A stretch of 64,000 bases of DNA, taken from a virus. Numbering within the stretch: position 1 is the stretch's first letter; the number at the start of each line of letters is the position of its first letter. The stretch spans positions 1 through 64,000 of IMG/VR virus record IMGVR_UViG_3300034170_000023. One strand, given 5' to 3'. Position numbers and translations under genes: made by a program. Shown here piece by piece: positions 41,714 through 53,354 of this stretch. The notes beneath the pieces are model-generated. The model had not been told where the DNA came from, did not search any database, and worked only from the letters and a program-made list of their open reading frames with translations.

Positions 41714-42827
41714 TTACCAAGAAGCTGATACAACTTCTTCATCGCCATACTTTAGAGTACAGAATGCTCCATAGCTCCAACCTGAGCCAGACCCTGCTGA
41801 TAGATCATACCCTAGAATCAGACCTTTCTCACCTCCAAGATCAAAGATGAAGTTAGCAACAACTCGTTCACCATCGCCACCGTCGTCATTGTAATCAATC
41901 TTAACGATATCAAACAAGACTGCGTTATCAGCGTCTTCCAAGTCTTTTACTGCATCAATAACCTCTACGTCAGCACAACCACAGCAATCACCATCGTCCT
42001 GTTCAATAGAAAGCGCCTGAACGATTTCTTTGTAAGTCTTACCGACCAAGTGTTGCATTATCTTTTCAGTTTTCATCACTCATCCTCCCCAACAATCACC
42101 CAACTATCATCTGTATAGTTAAACAGAACACTCTCATTCCCATCATATTCATCAATACGATACATGTTGCTGTCACCACTCTCTGCAATCTTTAATTCGG
42201 CGTATCGACCAGAGGCATCATCACCTAATTGCTCTACCACTTGAACCAATACCTTATCATGTCGTTCGATGTTGTCATAGTACAACTCTTCTCGTCGGTC
42301 ATCTACTAGGGCAACGCCTGTGACTGGTTGGAGGTAGTAGTGTGTGCATCCGTAAGAACCCTTCTCAGGATAAATATCAATCCCTTTCAATTTAGCATAA
42401 AGAATATATGCCTCATCACTCAGACCAAAACCACCATAGCAAGCATTGTACACTACTTTTAACATTATTTGTTTTCCTTTAGAATAGGAGCCTGCACAGC
42501 CACCATAACACAATGCTCAGTTCGTGCAAGAGATTGTTCACAAATACGAATATCTTTCTTCATCTGATCAATGTCCCATACATATCCCATAGAAATAATA
42601 CCCATTAGAAGTCCAAAAGTCCAAACATAAAGATTCTGTAGAATTTGCATTATTTAATCCTTTAACATTTTAATAGCAGAGAAGTTCATTCCTGCACATG
42701 CTGCACCAATGAACACGTTAAGATAGGAAACAAACTGTGCATTTCCCATAAGAATTTGTGTGCAGCTCATAGTGACCAACCCTACCCCAAACCATGCACC
42801 TAGTCTACACATTGTTATGTCTTTCAT
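41714..42827 (-). CDS. Four small hypothetical genes
   Basis: Abutting ORFs; one has VVYNACYGGFGLS...RHD..LVQVVEQLG...IDEYDGNE, a common phage hypothetical motif. Confidence 0.6.
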
Positions 42828-42859
42828 CTTTCTCTCCATTTGTGTTTTCAATGGCACCC

Positions 42860-42991
42860 ACTTTAACACATCAATTCCACCTGTCAACCCTCATCCCAAC
42901 AAAATACCCCTCAGTCTTCCTTGCTCTCCCATTGAATAAATTCACATCTATGAAAATCCCCTCTTGACTTCACCCCTTGATCTGTTATGAT
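42860..42991. promoter_or_regulatory. Divergent sigma70-type promoter pair
   Basis: - strand TTGACA(42887-42882)-16-TAAAGT; + strand TTGACT(42964)-16-TATGAT; coincides with the strand switch. Confidence 0.7.
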
Positions 42992-43215
42992 TGGCCTACA
43001 TTAATTGAGGGGATTGTTATGAAGAAACTTAAATTTGATAACCGTCGTTGTGTCTATTGTGAAGGTACCGTTGTAGCGATCTGGAGGGAATCAGGTACAG
43101 CCCCAATCAAATTTGCTTGCGAGGCACACAAAGAAAAACTGCAAGCTTATGAAAGAACACAACGAGAGAAAGAAGGTTACTGTAAAGCCGCTGATTGGGC
43201 TACTTGGATGAACCT

Positions 43216-43340
43216 ATGAAACAAATCACAGCAGAAGATGTACGCCTACTCTAGAAAGAAACTGGTACGGACTGGCGTCCTCTACACTCAAACGCCGTTA
43301 TGGGCTTAAGGAGCAAAGAGATAAATTCTCTCCAAATTGA
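43216..43340 (+). pseudogene. Degraded small gene with EF-Ts N-terminus-like start
   Basis: MKQITAEDVRLL*KETG, TAG at 43252. Confidence 0.3.
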
Positions 43341-43427
43341 CCAAACAAAAGATAAATTTACTTGCACCTGAAGTCTGAGATATCAGACAATTCACTTATG
43401 AATTTGAGTGACAACGAGGAAATAAAA

Positions 43428-44666
43428 GTGCAGACTAAAATTGAGCTTCTTGATTCAATCATGGGAAGTGGTAAGACACAGGGTGTGATTCAGTGGATGC
43501 TGAACAATCCTCAGAACAAATACCTGTATGTTAGCCCAATGCTGACAGAAGTAGAAGAACGTATTCCTACAGCTTGTCAAGCACTGGAATTCACATACCC
43601 TTGCACAGAAGAATACAAGACTAAGGGCCAACACCTTCTTAAGCTTCTTGAAGAGGGCTGCAACGTTTCCTTTACACACTCGTTGTTTACTGACTTGACA
43701 AAGCAACACCTTGCACTGATACGGAAACATGAATATGTGTTGATTGTAGATGAAGAAGTAGCTTTCATTGAGCCGTACAAAGGTAACTACAGTCGTGATG
43801 ATATTGTATCGCTTGAGAAAGCTGGTCACATCAGGGTAGAAGAAGACAATCTTGGTCGTGTAGTTTGGCAGTGGTATGATGATAATGAAATGAATGACAC
43901 TGCATACAGCAAGCTTAAGAGAATGTCTGATCTAGGCATGTTGTACTGTGCTAAACGTGATCGTAAGATTATGGTTGTCCACTTACCAATTGAGTTAGTA
44001 CAGTCTTCAAGACGTGTTATCCTTCTTACCTACCTCTTTAAAGGCAGTGTGATGGAATCCTTTATGGATCTTAAAGGGATTGAGATTGTACCATTTGCAG
44101 AAGTAAGACCACTTAAATCAACAACTGATGTACTTAGTAAAGCTAAAAGCCTTATTACTTTTATTGATACAACTACTACAAAAACAGTTTCTAATCTCTC
44201 TATGTCTTCCACTTGGTACAGTAAAAATGCTACTACAGCAGATTTAGAAAAGGTTTCAAATGCTATCTTTTCTGTTTACCGTAAGTTTGGAGATAAAGAA
44301 AGTTTTATCTTTACAGCTCCTAAGTCTCTGGCTGACTACCAATATGTAAAAGATGAAAAACTTAAACGTAACATTATACACAAGAAGATGCCTAAAGACG
44401 TAGACTGGATTTATTGTGGTACTAAAGCAACTAATATGTGGTCACATAAGTCTATTGCTGTCCATGCTTATAATAGATTTGTAAATACAGCTATCAAGGC
44501 TTACTTACAGGATTATGGTACACCACCAGATGATGATATGTTTGCTTTATCTGAGATGGTACAGTGGATTTTCAGGACTTGTATCCGCAATGATGAGCCT
44601 TTACAACTGTGTATTTTGAACAACAGAATGAAAGGTTTGCTTTGTAATTGGCTTAATGGAAATTAG
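43428..44666 (+). CDS. SF2-like helicase/ATPase, copy 1
   Basis: DSIMGSGKT, VDEE, LLTYLF, KATN, EMVQWIFRTCIR; GAGGA RBS with GTG start. Confidence 0.8.
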   Translation: MQTKIELLDSIMGSGKTQGVIQWMLNNPQNKYLYVSPMLTEVEERIPTACQALEFTYPCTEEYKTKGQHLLKLLEEGCNVSFTHSLFTDLTKQHLALIRKHEYVLIVDEEVAFIEPYKGNYSRDDIVSLEKAGHIRVEEDNLGRVVWQWYDDNEMNDTAYSKLKRMSDLGMLYCAKRDRKIMVVHLPIELVQSSRRVILLTYLFKGSVMESFMDLKGIEIVPFAEVRPLKSTTDVLSKAKSLITFIDTTTTKTVSNLSMSSTWYSKNATTADLEKVSNAIFSVYRKFGDKESFIFTAPKSLADYQYVKDEKLKRNIIHKKMPKDVDWIYCGTKATNMWSHKSIAVHAYNRFVNTAIKAYLQDYGTPPDDDMFALSEMVQWIFRTCIRNDEPLQLCILNNRMKGLLCNWLNGN

Positions 44667-44701
44667 TATTTGGGAAGTGAAACGTCCCACTTTTTTCTGG
44701 A

Positions 44702-44743
44702 AGCCTTGATCTACAAGGGCTGTAGAGGTGATCCCTTATAGTA
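44702..44743 (+). repeat. Conserved motif downstream of helicase copy 1
   Basis: AGCCTTGATCTACAAGGGCT-GT-AGAGGTG-AT-CCCTTATAGTA. Confidence 0.8.
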
Positions 44744-44772
44744 AAAGATACTAAGAAGAGGGTTGATTTATC

Positions 44773-45066
44773 ATGACTATTGTGGTTAATAAATACAAAG
44801 TTAATATGTCAGATCCCGATATTGTTTACATTGGAAGGGGTAGCCTATTTGGTAATCCTTTCAAAATGCATAAGGAAGATGACAGACTTAAAGTCATTGA
44901 CCTGTATAGGCATTGGCTATGGGAAGCTTTACAAGATGGTAAGATTACAAAAGAGATGCTTTTAGCTCTTGACGGTAAGAGGTTGGCCTGTTATTGTGCA
45001 CCTAAAGCATGTCATGGTGATGTGTTGATTAAAGCTATTGAGTGGGCTAAAGGAGAACAGGGGTGA
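44773..45066 (+). CDS. DUF4326-like protein
   Basis: YIGRGSLFGNPF...LACYCAPKACHGDVL. Confidence 0.85.
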   Translation: MTIVVNKYKVNMSDPDIVYIGRGSLFGNPFKMHKEDDRLKVIDLYRHWLWEALQDGKITKEMLLALDGKRLACYCAPKACHGDVLIKAIEWAKGEQG

Positions 45067-47787
45067 AAATAGAAATTCCAGATTTTGATAGGTTCAAAAC
45101 AGAGTATAATGAAGCTGTACAAAGAGGGTTGGCTGAATACAGATCGGATGATGAGCTTGTTATTCTCATCTTACAGTGTAATTTAGCTTCGTCGAAACGC
45201 TGGCAGAATTTGTTTGTCCCAATTGGAGAATATCAATGAACTCTCGTGAAATTGTTTTGCTGAAATGGGTGCTATCTGAGTACAACTGGTCAAGTTCAAA
45301 ACAGACACAAGATCAGATGGTTAAAGAGTTATCAGGCTTACTTGAAAGCTAAGTGGGTAGAATGGGCTTGTAGAGAGAAGCCTATTAAGGTAGTATGGAC
45401 GGGTAGAAATCAACCGGAGTGGGTGTAATATGAGAAATAAAATTATTGAGTATTCCTACAGAATTGTTGACATGGGTTGTGGTTGCTGCCAAGAAGGTCA
45501 ATCTCAATATTCTGTATGGGAGGATGGTGTACCGACTGTAGCAGACGAAGACTGCCCTATCATGAGTGACGAACAGGATCTGAGGGACTACCTCTCACAC
45601 CTTGAACCTTTTGATATTGATAAAGATTGTGAATTCTTTTAATAAGAGGTTACAGAATATGATTGAAATTAAAGATGTGATTGAGAGTGTGAATAAGTAT
45701 ATTAAGGAGATGAATAAATGAACATAGCAACCTTTATCAAATGGCTCGAAACACATGATCAGGAATTGGAAGTAGCTGTTGTAGAGTATCGTGAAGAAGA
45801 TGATTGGTGCTATAATGGTGAGGATGAGGTATTAAAAACTTTTGAATACGCTGATGGTGTTTGCTTTGATGACCCTATTAGGCAAGCTCGTGCGACTAAA
45901 TACACACTGACTCTAGGTGTTGAGAAATGAAAGACATCCTAGGTACACCTATCCTCCTCAATCAGAAAGTAGTATTTGGCTCAGCAGGAAGTATGTCTCT
46001 TCGCGTTGGAACTATTGTCAAGGTATGCCCTAAGACAGTGATTATTAAACATGAAGAATATAATAATGGCTCTTACAGCACTATTGTAGAATCCCGTAGA
46101 AACTTTGATGATGTGGTGGTGATAGGATGAAAATACGACAAAGGTATCAAATGCTTCTCAGCATCCCATTGTGGTTTCCTGTAGTGGGTGTTATATTATT
46201 ACTCTTACTGATTTTTCTCCCTAAAACTTTTAATAGTAGTGGAAAGGAGTTTATTGAAATCTTGAAATTTGCGTGGAGGAATTAAATGACACTCCCTAAA
46301 ACAAAGCTTGACATAGTGCTCTGCCTATCCGATAATTGTCCTAAGCGCTCATCTTGTACACGCTTTCTACAGGAGCCTAGAGCTATTCACCAAGCTTATT
46401 TGATATTGGCTGTTAGTGTGCCAGATGTGAATAAATGCAGATTTTACATTGAGGAGAAATGAGATGACCTTATTTGAAAGAGAATTAGATAACGCACTTA
46501 ATATTACAGAGCACTCCTATGATCATGGTAAATACCTATTCTCACGGGAAGAGTTAAAGTCACTTGTAGAGTGCATAAGCCTTGCTGTTATCTATAATCC
46601 AGAACTTCGTGACGAGATTTACAAGGAAAACAATTAAATGAAACCTAAACGCACAGCTACTGTAAGTAAGAAAATCACCGACAACACACTAAAGAATAGT
46701 ACTCGCTGGAATTGGCTCCTTGAGAACTATAGTAAGAAGTGGGAAGAGTTGTCGGAGGAAGGGAAAGAGTTCTTTGAAGCTCTAGAGACAGGAATGTTTG
46801 AGTTGATTAATGAAGCGGCTGATCAGGCTTTGGCTGCTGGGGAGAAAGCTTAATGATTATATTTGACAAATCATATTCAGACGAGAGTTTAGTTGACTTG
46901 AGCGAACAAGTTATGGATGCTATTTGTGATGACTCTTTAAACCTACCAACAGATGAATATGGACTCCGTAAAGGTATTTTTAAAGTGGTAGTAACTTGGG
47001 AGAGTGAAGACTAACGAGGCTTAGAAACAGCCATATAAACACGCAGTGTGACAAACCCTATACATTCACCTAGGGAAGCTTGCAAACGCCTAGAAGGGTG
47101 ATATAATGCCTACAGAATCGGTATTTATGATTGAATTTGAGGAGAGGATATGAAAGATTTTAAATTGGCAATGGATAAAGTTAGTGTTGAGTGGACAGTG
47201 TACCAATGTGATACATTCTCAGTAACTGTGAAATCTTGGAAGACTAAGAATTATGAATTCATTGAGAAAGGTTATGGTTCAGAATTCCGGCATCATTGGA
47301 ATGTTTACGCTAACATCTTCCACACACACCCAATCTATGAGACACCAGAGCTAGCCAAGGATCTACCTCTTCATGGTGGGTGTACATTTGACAAACAAAC
47401 AATTTCTCAGCCAATCGGCGGTATTAGATATGATTGGCAGAAAGTAAGTAATACTCTTAAAGTTGGATCAGATTATAGTCACTACATGGATCACTTTGAA
47501 GATGAAGATCCAGCTCGTGGCATCCCTCATGAAGTTTTTAATGATGCTGAAGCGTTGGTTGATGCTTTGTTGAACTGGAAAGAGTCGGAATAATGGACAC
47601 CACACTCTCAGATAAACTAACATCCCGTAAACTATGGATTGCTGTATGCTTTGAAATTGTCTTTACAATCCTTCTATGTTATGGCAAGTTACCTACAAGT
47701 GTTTATGAAAGCTTGTCTTATATGTTGTTAGGTGGTTATTATTTGAGCAATACAGCAACTAATATTATGTTGGCTAAGAAGAGTTAG
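45063..47787 (+). CDS. Cluster of small hypothetical early/middle genes
   Basis: Densely packed 40-150 aa ORFs with RBSs (e.g. 45430-45642, 45718-45930, 45927-46130, 46638-46853, 47150-47593, 47593-47787). Confidence 0.55.
47080..47107 (+). promoter_or_regulatory. sigma70-type promoter
   Basis: TTGCAA-16-TATAAT. Confidence 0.6.
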
Positions 47788-47791
47788 AGAT

Positions 47792-48142
47792 ATGTTGTCA
47801 TATTGTATAAAGAAAGCTTCAGAACTGCCCTTCACTCCTGATCAGAAGCGTCTGTACAGCGTCGTCCTAAACAAGAGAGGTCACATCATCTCAGAAGGTG
47901 CCAACTCTTACACTAAGACATCTAGTCGCCAATACAGGGCAGCTAAACGTGTGGGAATGCCTGAGAAGGTGTGTCTCCACTCAGAAGCGATTGCTCTCTT
48001 CAGGAGCAAGGGTAAAGGTGTAAAATTAGTAGTTGCACGAGTAAATTCTAAAGGAGAGGCTTGCCTATCTAAACCCTGTGACGTGTGTATGGAATTGGTG
48101 AGGTTACATGGTGGGATAAAGTCAATAGAATTCTCTGTGTAA
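47792..48142 (+). CDS. Zn-dependent cytidine/dCMP deaminase-fold protein
   Basis: LHSE...SKPCDVC (HxE, PCxxC). Confidence 0.8.
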   Translation: MLSYCIKKASELPFTPDQKRLYSVVLNKRGHIISEGANSYTKTSSRQYRAAKRVGMPEKVCLHSEAIALFRSKGKGVKLVVARVNSKGEACLSKPCDVCMELVRLHGGIKSIEFSV

Positions 48143-48234
48143 AAATTGTTGACAGCTATGTGGAAGTGATTCATAATCAGCCACAACATAGGCAAGAAGA
48201 GCTTCTTGCAAATATAATTAATTGGAGAGACGTG

Positions 48235-49378
48235 ATGACCACATTTACAAAAGATATGCTGCGTACAGGTATGCGTGTCAAGTACAATAATGATCAAACT
48301 GCAATGGTACTGAAAGACATTGGTATTCTTGCAATGGATGGCGGCTTTAATTTTCTTTCACACCTAGATGATGACATTCAAGACAAGGATAACAACGACA
48401 ATACAGAATGGAGCATTGATTCTGTATATGAAGGTTATGAAGGCAACTCTAATATTCTAGACTTAAAGAATCTTGGCAAATTAATCTGGAAACGTGAGGA
48501 CAAATCACCCGAACAAGTCCAACTGGACATTCTTCTAAAACAAATCTCAGAACTAAACACACAAGCTAATAAACTTCAAGAAACTATCAATGTGAAGGCA
48601 TAAGGAGAGACATTGTGGAAATTGATATTCGTAAAGAAGACTTGACAGAAGTAGTTGATGTTATCCGGTTCAATGAAGATGGTATTTTGCAGAACGCACT
48701 AGACCACTGTGTATTTGTAACAGACTCTGAAGATGGTGATCGATTTGCTGTTGAGTTGAATACAAAGAAAGATGCAGAACATCTCATTAAAGCTTTGGAG
48801 AAAGCCATCAGTTTGGGGTGGTGGAAATGAGCGATTGGTTTGATAGGGCAGAACAAGAAATCTCCAAAGATCATGACAATGGGGATCTCACTGATAAAGA
48901 GTATCAGCAAGCTATGAAAGACCTTCACCGAGAGTATGACGACTATGCTCACCAAGAAGCTCAGAACACCTACGACAGCTTCTATTAATCTGTAAAATAA
49001 TCGAACACACAGCTTGCTTTCCTTTACACACAACGTAGAATTGACGTCAGAAGCGGCATAAGCCGTCCAAAGGAGCTTAAAGAAGTGACTAACACAATTA
49101 ATAATGTTGTCAAGTCAGCACAAGAAAACATTATCACCTTCCTAGAGGCTATGAATCAGGATAGTGACGCTGTACAAGATTGTAAATTTGCAGTTGGCCT
49201 GAATGTAAGCCTCTTAGAGAACCATTTCCAGCACTGGTTGTGGGTGGACTCGCCTACTTGGGTGGGGTATGACGAAGAAGAACGAGCTTATGCGCTTGAT
49301 TTGGGAAGGATTGAAGAAGAAATGGCGTTGAATGGCTGGATTTACGACGCTGATGAAGGAAGCATCATTTCAAAATAA
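48235..49378 (+). CDS. Small early genes (48235-48603, 48615-48830, 49085-49378)
   Basis: ORFs with RBS downstream of promoters. Confidence 0.55.
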
Positions 49379-49551
49379 TTAAATTCTCTTGTTGACAGAC
49401 GTTTTTACCTGAGCTAATCTATAACTACTGAAGCAGAGGTTGCTACCAAGAAGCCGGTAGCAGAAGTAAGGAAGTTCTTCAGAAGGTAGTAAGGAAACAA
49501 CCTCACATTTCGTGAGTCCTCCTGAAAATTTCTAGTAGAATGGTGAATATT

Positions 49552-49761
49552 ATGGCCGCATCGACTCAAGCAAAAGGTTCTTTTAGCCCTATCAACGGTA
49601 GCAAAGTTCGCCGTGTCTTTAATGAACATGAAATGTTCCTAGGCACCATTACAAAACTTGATGATGGCTCAGGTTACAGGGTTTTCAGGCTAAAAGATGG
49701 TAAAATTCGCACCAAACGTTATCTGGCAGATGCCTTTAAAAGTATTCGCCGCGACAATTAA
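49552..49761 (+). CDS. Small basic early protein with long structured leader
   Basis: ORF behind promoter 49392; hairpin 49787-49806 follows. Confidence 0.6.
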   Translation: MAASTQAKGSFSPINGSKVRRVFNEHEMFLGTITKLDDGSGYRVFRLKDGKIRTKRYLADAFKSIRRDN

Positions 49762-49826
49762 ATTTCAAAGCAACATATTGTAATAAAAGCCCCTTAAATG
49801 GGGTTTATCTATTTAGGAGATTTAAA

Positions 49827-50522
49827 GTGAAAACAATTAACATACTGAATGTTCCTGATTTTAAAAGGCCCGATGGGAGTTGGGGAAAGTCTTACTCTGA
49901 AGCGGCAGAAGATCATAGACTTTCCATGCACACACGGTCCTCTATTCTCTGGAATAATCTCAAAAGTAGGTGCAAAGATGGTAGTGCGCAACGTAAAAAT
50001 TCTACAAGCTATGCGGGCATAGAAAATCACTTTGAAAATTATGACATTTTCACCTCTTGGTGTCAGACTCAGTATGGGTATCTGAACAAGAATAGAAATG
50101 GAACTTTTTGGAGCTTAGATAAAGACTTACTATACCATGGGAATAAAGTGTATAGTCCGGACACTTGTATGTTTATACCTCATGACGTAAACTGTCTTAT
50201 GATGTCCTCGGATGTTTGTCGGGGAGTGTATCCAGTAGGAGTTGAGCCCGATTACCAAGTTAACAAAATTAGGTACATTGCCTGTTGCCGTAAAAGGACT
50301 GGCAGCAAATTTATAGGTGTTTATGACACACCTATAGAAGCTCATAGAGGGTGGCAGGAAGTAAAGATTTCAAGGATTATGGAGGAAGCTGACCACAATA
50401 AAGATCATATTAAAATGTGCGGAGCGCTTTTGTCCATGGCTACTAGGATCCAAAGTGATTATGATAACGGAAGGGAAACAAAGGTAGAGTGGTGGACAGA
50501 TCGAGGCTTGACAATACACTGA
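49827..50522 (+). CDS. HNH-like homing endonuclease
   Basis: WNNLKSRC...WSLDKDLLYHGNKVYSPDTCMFIPHDVN...PVGV. Confidence 0.8.
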   Translation: MKTINILNVPDFKRPDGSWGKSYSEAAEDHRLSMHTRSSILWNNLKSRCKDGSAQRKNSTSYAGIENHFENYDIFTSWCQTQYGYLNKNRNGTFWSLDKDLLYHGNKVYSPDTCMFIPHDVNCLMMSSDVCRGVYPVGVEPDYQVNKIRYIACCRKRTGSKFIGVYDTPIEAHRGWQEVKISRIMEEADHNKDHIKMCGALLSMATRIQSDYDNGRETKVEWWTDRGLTIH

Positions 50523-51884
50523 CCTAGGCTACTCTGTACCTACACACCACAGAAAGGATGGCGACATGACTAACTCTAAAGTTGTGGCTTGGCTTATCGA
50601 GGGGCACGGACGCTCCTCTGTGTTCACTACAGAACAACCTTGGGCACTTGAGGATGAGAATTACAAAGTAACTCCCTTGATTGGTATGTCTGAGAGCGCA
50701 CCAATACATTCCTTGACAGACGACACACAAGAACGTATTAGTATTATGGAAGAACTCTATGAGCTAATGCAGCAAGAAATAGACGAGTTGAAGGAGCGAC
50801 TAGAAGCTGCTGTTGAGGTGATTGAAGTTGTGGAAGAGTTCTCAGCCAAGAAGAGTGATAATTTCATGGAGAACAAAGCTACCTTACTTCTCATCTCAGC
50901 AGCTTGCCGGGATTGGTTGAAGTCAAGCGAATAAAGTTTAAAGAATTTACCTCAGGAGCCTTGACTGGCTCCTTTTTCTTGTCTACAATAGCCACATACA
51001 AACCAACTGGAGATACAAAATGAAAACTATCCTGATCTTTGATCAACTCTTTGAACGTCCTGTAAGCTTTCGTGTTGTCGAAGGTGATTACTCTTTCCTC
51101 AATGAAGCGTACGTCAACTCAGTGGAGACGTCAGAGGAAGACCAAGATGTACTGATGGGACTCTTGTACAAGGACGAAGAAGGAAACCTGCACGATGATT
51201 GGCTGTCAGAGTTCCCTGTTGAACAAGTAGCAGCGAACACTAAAGTTATCGTGGTTGGGTTTCTTCCGTAGACTTTGTTAGCTTAAACTAATCCCTCCTC
51301 GCCCGAGGGATTTTTATTGCCTAGAATTTAATAAATAATTGAAAAGAGATGTTGACGAGGGTGGGTGATAGGACTAGAATCACCCCAAACAGGAAGCGAA
51401 TAGCTTCTAATACAGACAAAGGAATACTCCAATGATCACTATAAAGACACACGCCATGAAAGCTATGATCCAGAAACAGTTCCCTTGGGCAGAAGACATT
51501 GAACTAGACTTCACAATTGATGAGACTGGTAAAGAGACTATCAAAGTCACTTTGAATGATGAAGGAACACCTCGGGAATTTATTTTGACGATTGACTTGA
51601 AGGAGGTGGAGCTATAATGTCCAGTCAAGTGATGTGCAACTGTAGGGTGTGCGGAATAAAGCCCGGTATCCGTACTGGTCTGAGCGGCGTCGCTCATGTT
51701 GGTAACCTGTTCTTATGCTTCTTGACAGGCTTGTTATGGGTGTTGCCGTACCTACTGATTTGGGCTTGTAGCTATAAGGTACAGTGTATGTCGTGCGGAC
51801 GCTACGCACGAAGGTTCTGACGTAAGAGTTGTAAATAATCACCCCTTAGATGGGGCATTTTGCCATTAAATAGGATGGTTTATA

Positions 51885-52634
51885 ATGGCTGTTGTGCGTA
51901 AAAGTTACAAAGTTGGAGATGTTTGGCCGACTAAATCAGGGGTAGATGTTGAGATTATAAAGACCTTTAAGGGCTCTCAGAGGGTTGTGATTAAATGGTT
52001 AGATGAGTACCAGCATACAACAGAAATTTATCAGTGTGCATTACCAAGATCTAACCTTAAAAATCCATATGAGAGGACTATCATCGGTGTGGGGTTCCTA
52101 GGGACTAGTTATGCAGCACAAAACCCTCTGAAATTTAAGAGGGAGAAGATTGTTTGGAGTGGTCTATTTAAGAGGGCTTACGATGAGAAAACTCTGATAG
52201 AACGCCCCGGATACGCTGGTGCAACAGTGAATGCTGGCTGGCACGAGTTTGGAGGTTTTGTAGACTGGACAGAGCAGGCTGTTGGTTGGAAAAACAAAAA
52301 TTGGCATGTAGACAAGGATCTTATTTTAAGAGGTAACAGGGAATACGGACCAGAAACTTGTTGCATGTTGCCACCTGTGGTTAACTCCGCATTGTGGGTA
52401 AGAGAACACATTTTGCCTCCGGGAGTTACTAAACTTCCAGACGGGTACTACAGGGGCGGTTTTTATGAAGATGGAAAGGTACAACAAAAGAGGTTTAAAA
52501 CACCCGAAGAAGCTTTTGAATTTTATAAGCCACTGAAGGAGGGTAGAATAAAACAACTAGCAGATGAGTATAGATATCAGATTGATCCTAGAGCCTATGA
52601 TGCATTGATGACTTGGGAAATTGGTCTTGATTGA
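51885..52634 (+). CDS. HNH-like homing endonuclease
   Basis: WHVDKDLILRGNREYGPETCCMLPPVVN...LPPGV. Confidence 0.8.
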   Translation: MAVVRKSYKVGDVWPTKSGVDVEIIKTFKGSQRVVIKWLDEYQHTTEIYQCALPRSNLKNPYERTIIGVGFLGTSYAAQNPLKFKREKIVWSGLFKRAYDEKTLIERPGYAGATVNAGWHEFGGFVDWTEQAVGWKNKNWHVDKDLILRGNREYGPETCCMLPPVVNSALWVREHILPPGVTKLPDGYYRGGFYEDGKVQQKRFKTPEEAFEFYKPLKEGRIKQLADEYRYQIDPRAYDALMTWEIGLD

Positions 52635-52721
52635 AAATAAACCCTAAAGAGCCCTTGCGGCTCTTTCTTTTTGCTTGTACAATTACCTCATCGAAACAAC
52701 AAAGCTTCAGGGAGACACAAC

Positions 52722-53354
52722 ATGACACGCATGTACATACAACCATCATTCCTAAATAGCTGTGAAGAGCACGGCTTATGGTCTGGTGGAAATGACCAAT
52801 ACCGTGGCGACAGGTCTGTTGACTTCAGCACATTTGATAAGAATGGTCGTGCTCGTGTTGAGGCTTTCTCTGATGCTGCACTTGAAGCCAACAAAGAGAA
52901 AAGGAAAACATCCGTTCCATTAAAGGATAGGATTTTACCACAGGCACGGCGCGTTGCTGTCCTAACTGAGCAGCTTATTGAGTTGGAACAAGTGTACAGG
53001 TCTGGTAATATGTCTATCAATGAATACTCCACATTACGTGCAGTGTTGGTAAACAAACGCAACAGAAGTCAAGTGTTGTATGAACGTGCAATCTCTGTTA
53101 AAGAGCCTTCATATGATGACCTTGAAGAGTGTGCCGCTACATACAAGAATACATCAACCAAATCAACCTATTCATGCGGGGAAAGTGGCTCTGAAAACGA
53201 TGATAGCGGTCAACCTATGCCATCGTGGCTCTCAAGCATTAGCAATGAAAATAGCCTGAAAAATACGCTAATAAAAGCTTGCAAGGTTGGCGAGACGTTG
53301 GTAAGATGGCACCAGAAAGCAAGAAACTACATAAACGAATTGAAGGCACTTTGA
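52722..53354 (+). CDS. Hypothetical early protein
   Basis: GGAG RBS, ATG 52722, behind promoter 52655. Confidence 0.6.
   Translation: MTRMYIQPSFLNSCEEHGLWSGGNDQYRGDRSVDFSTFDKNGRARVEAFSDAALEANKEKRKTSVPLKDRILPQARRVAVLTEQLIELEQVYRSGNMSINEYSTLRAVLVNKRNRSQVLYERAISVKEPSYDDLEECAATYKNTSTKSTYSCGESGSENDDSGQPMPSWLSSISNENSLKNTLIKACKVGETLVRWHQKARNYINELKAL

Noticed and set aside
43252-43254. Amber stop-codon reassignment
   Set aside because: Only one in-frame TAG; TAG terminates many normal genes and long genes are uninterrupted
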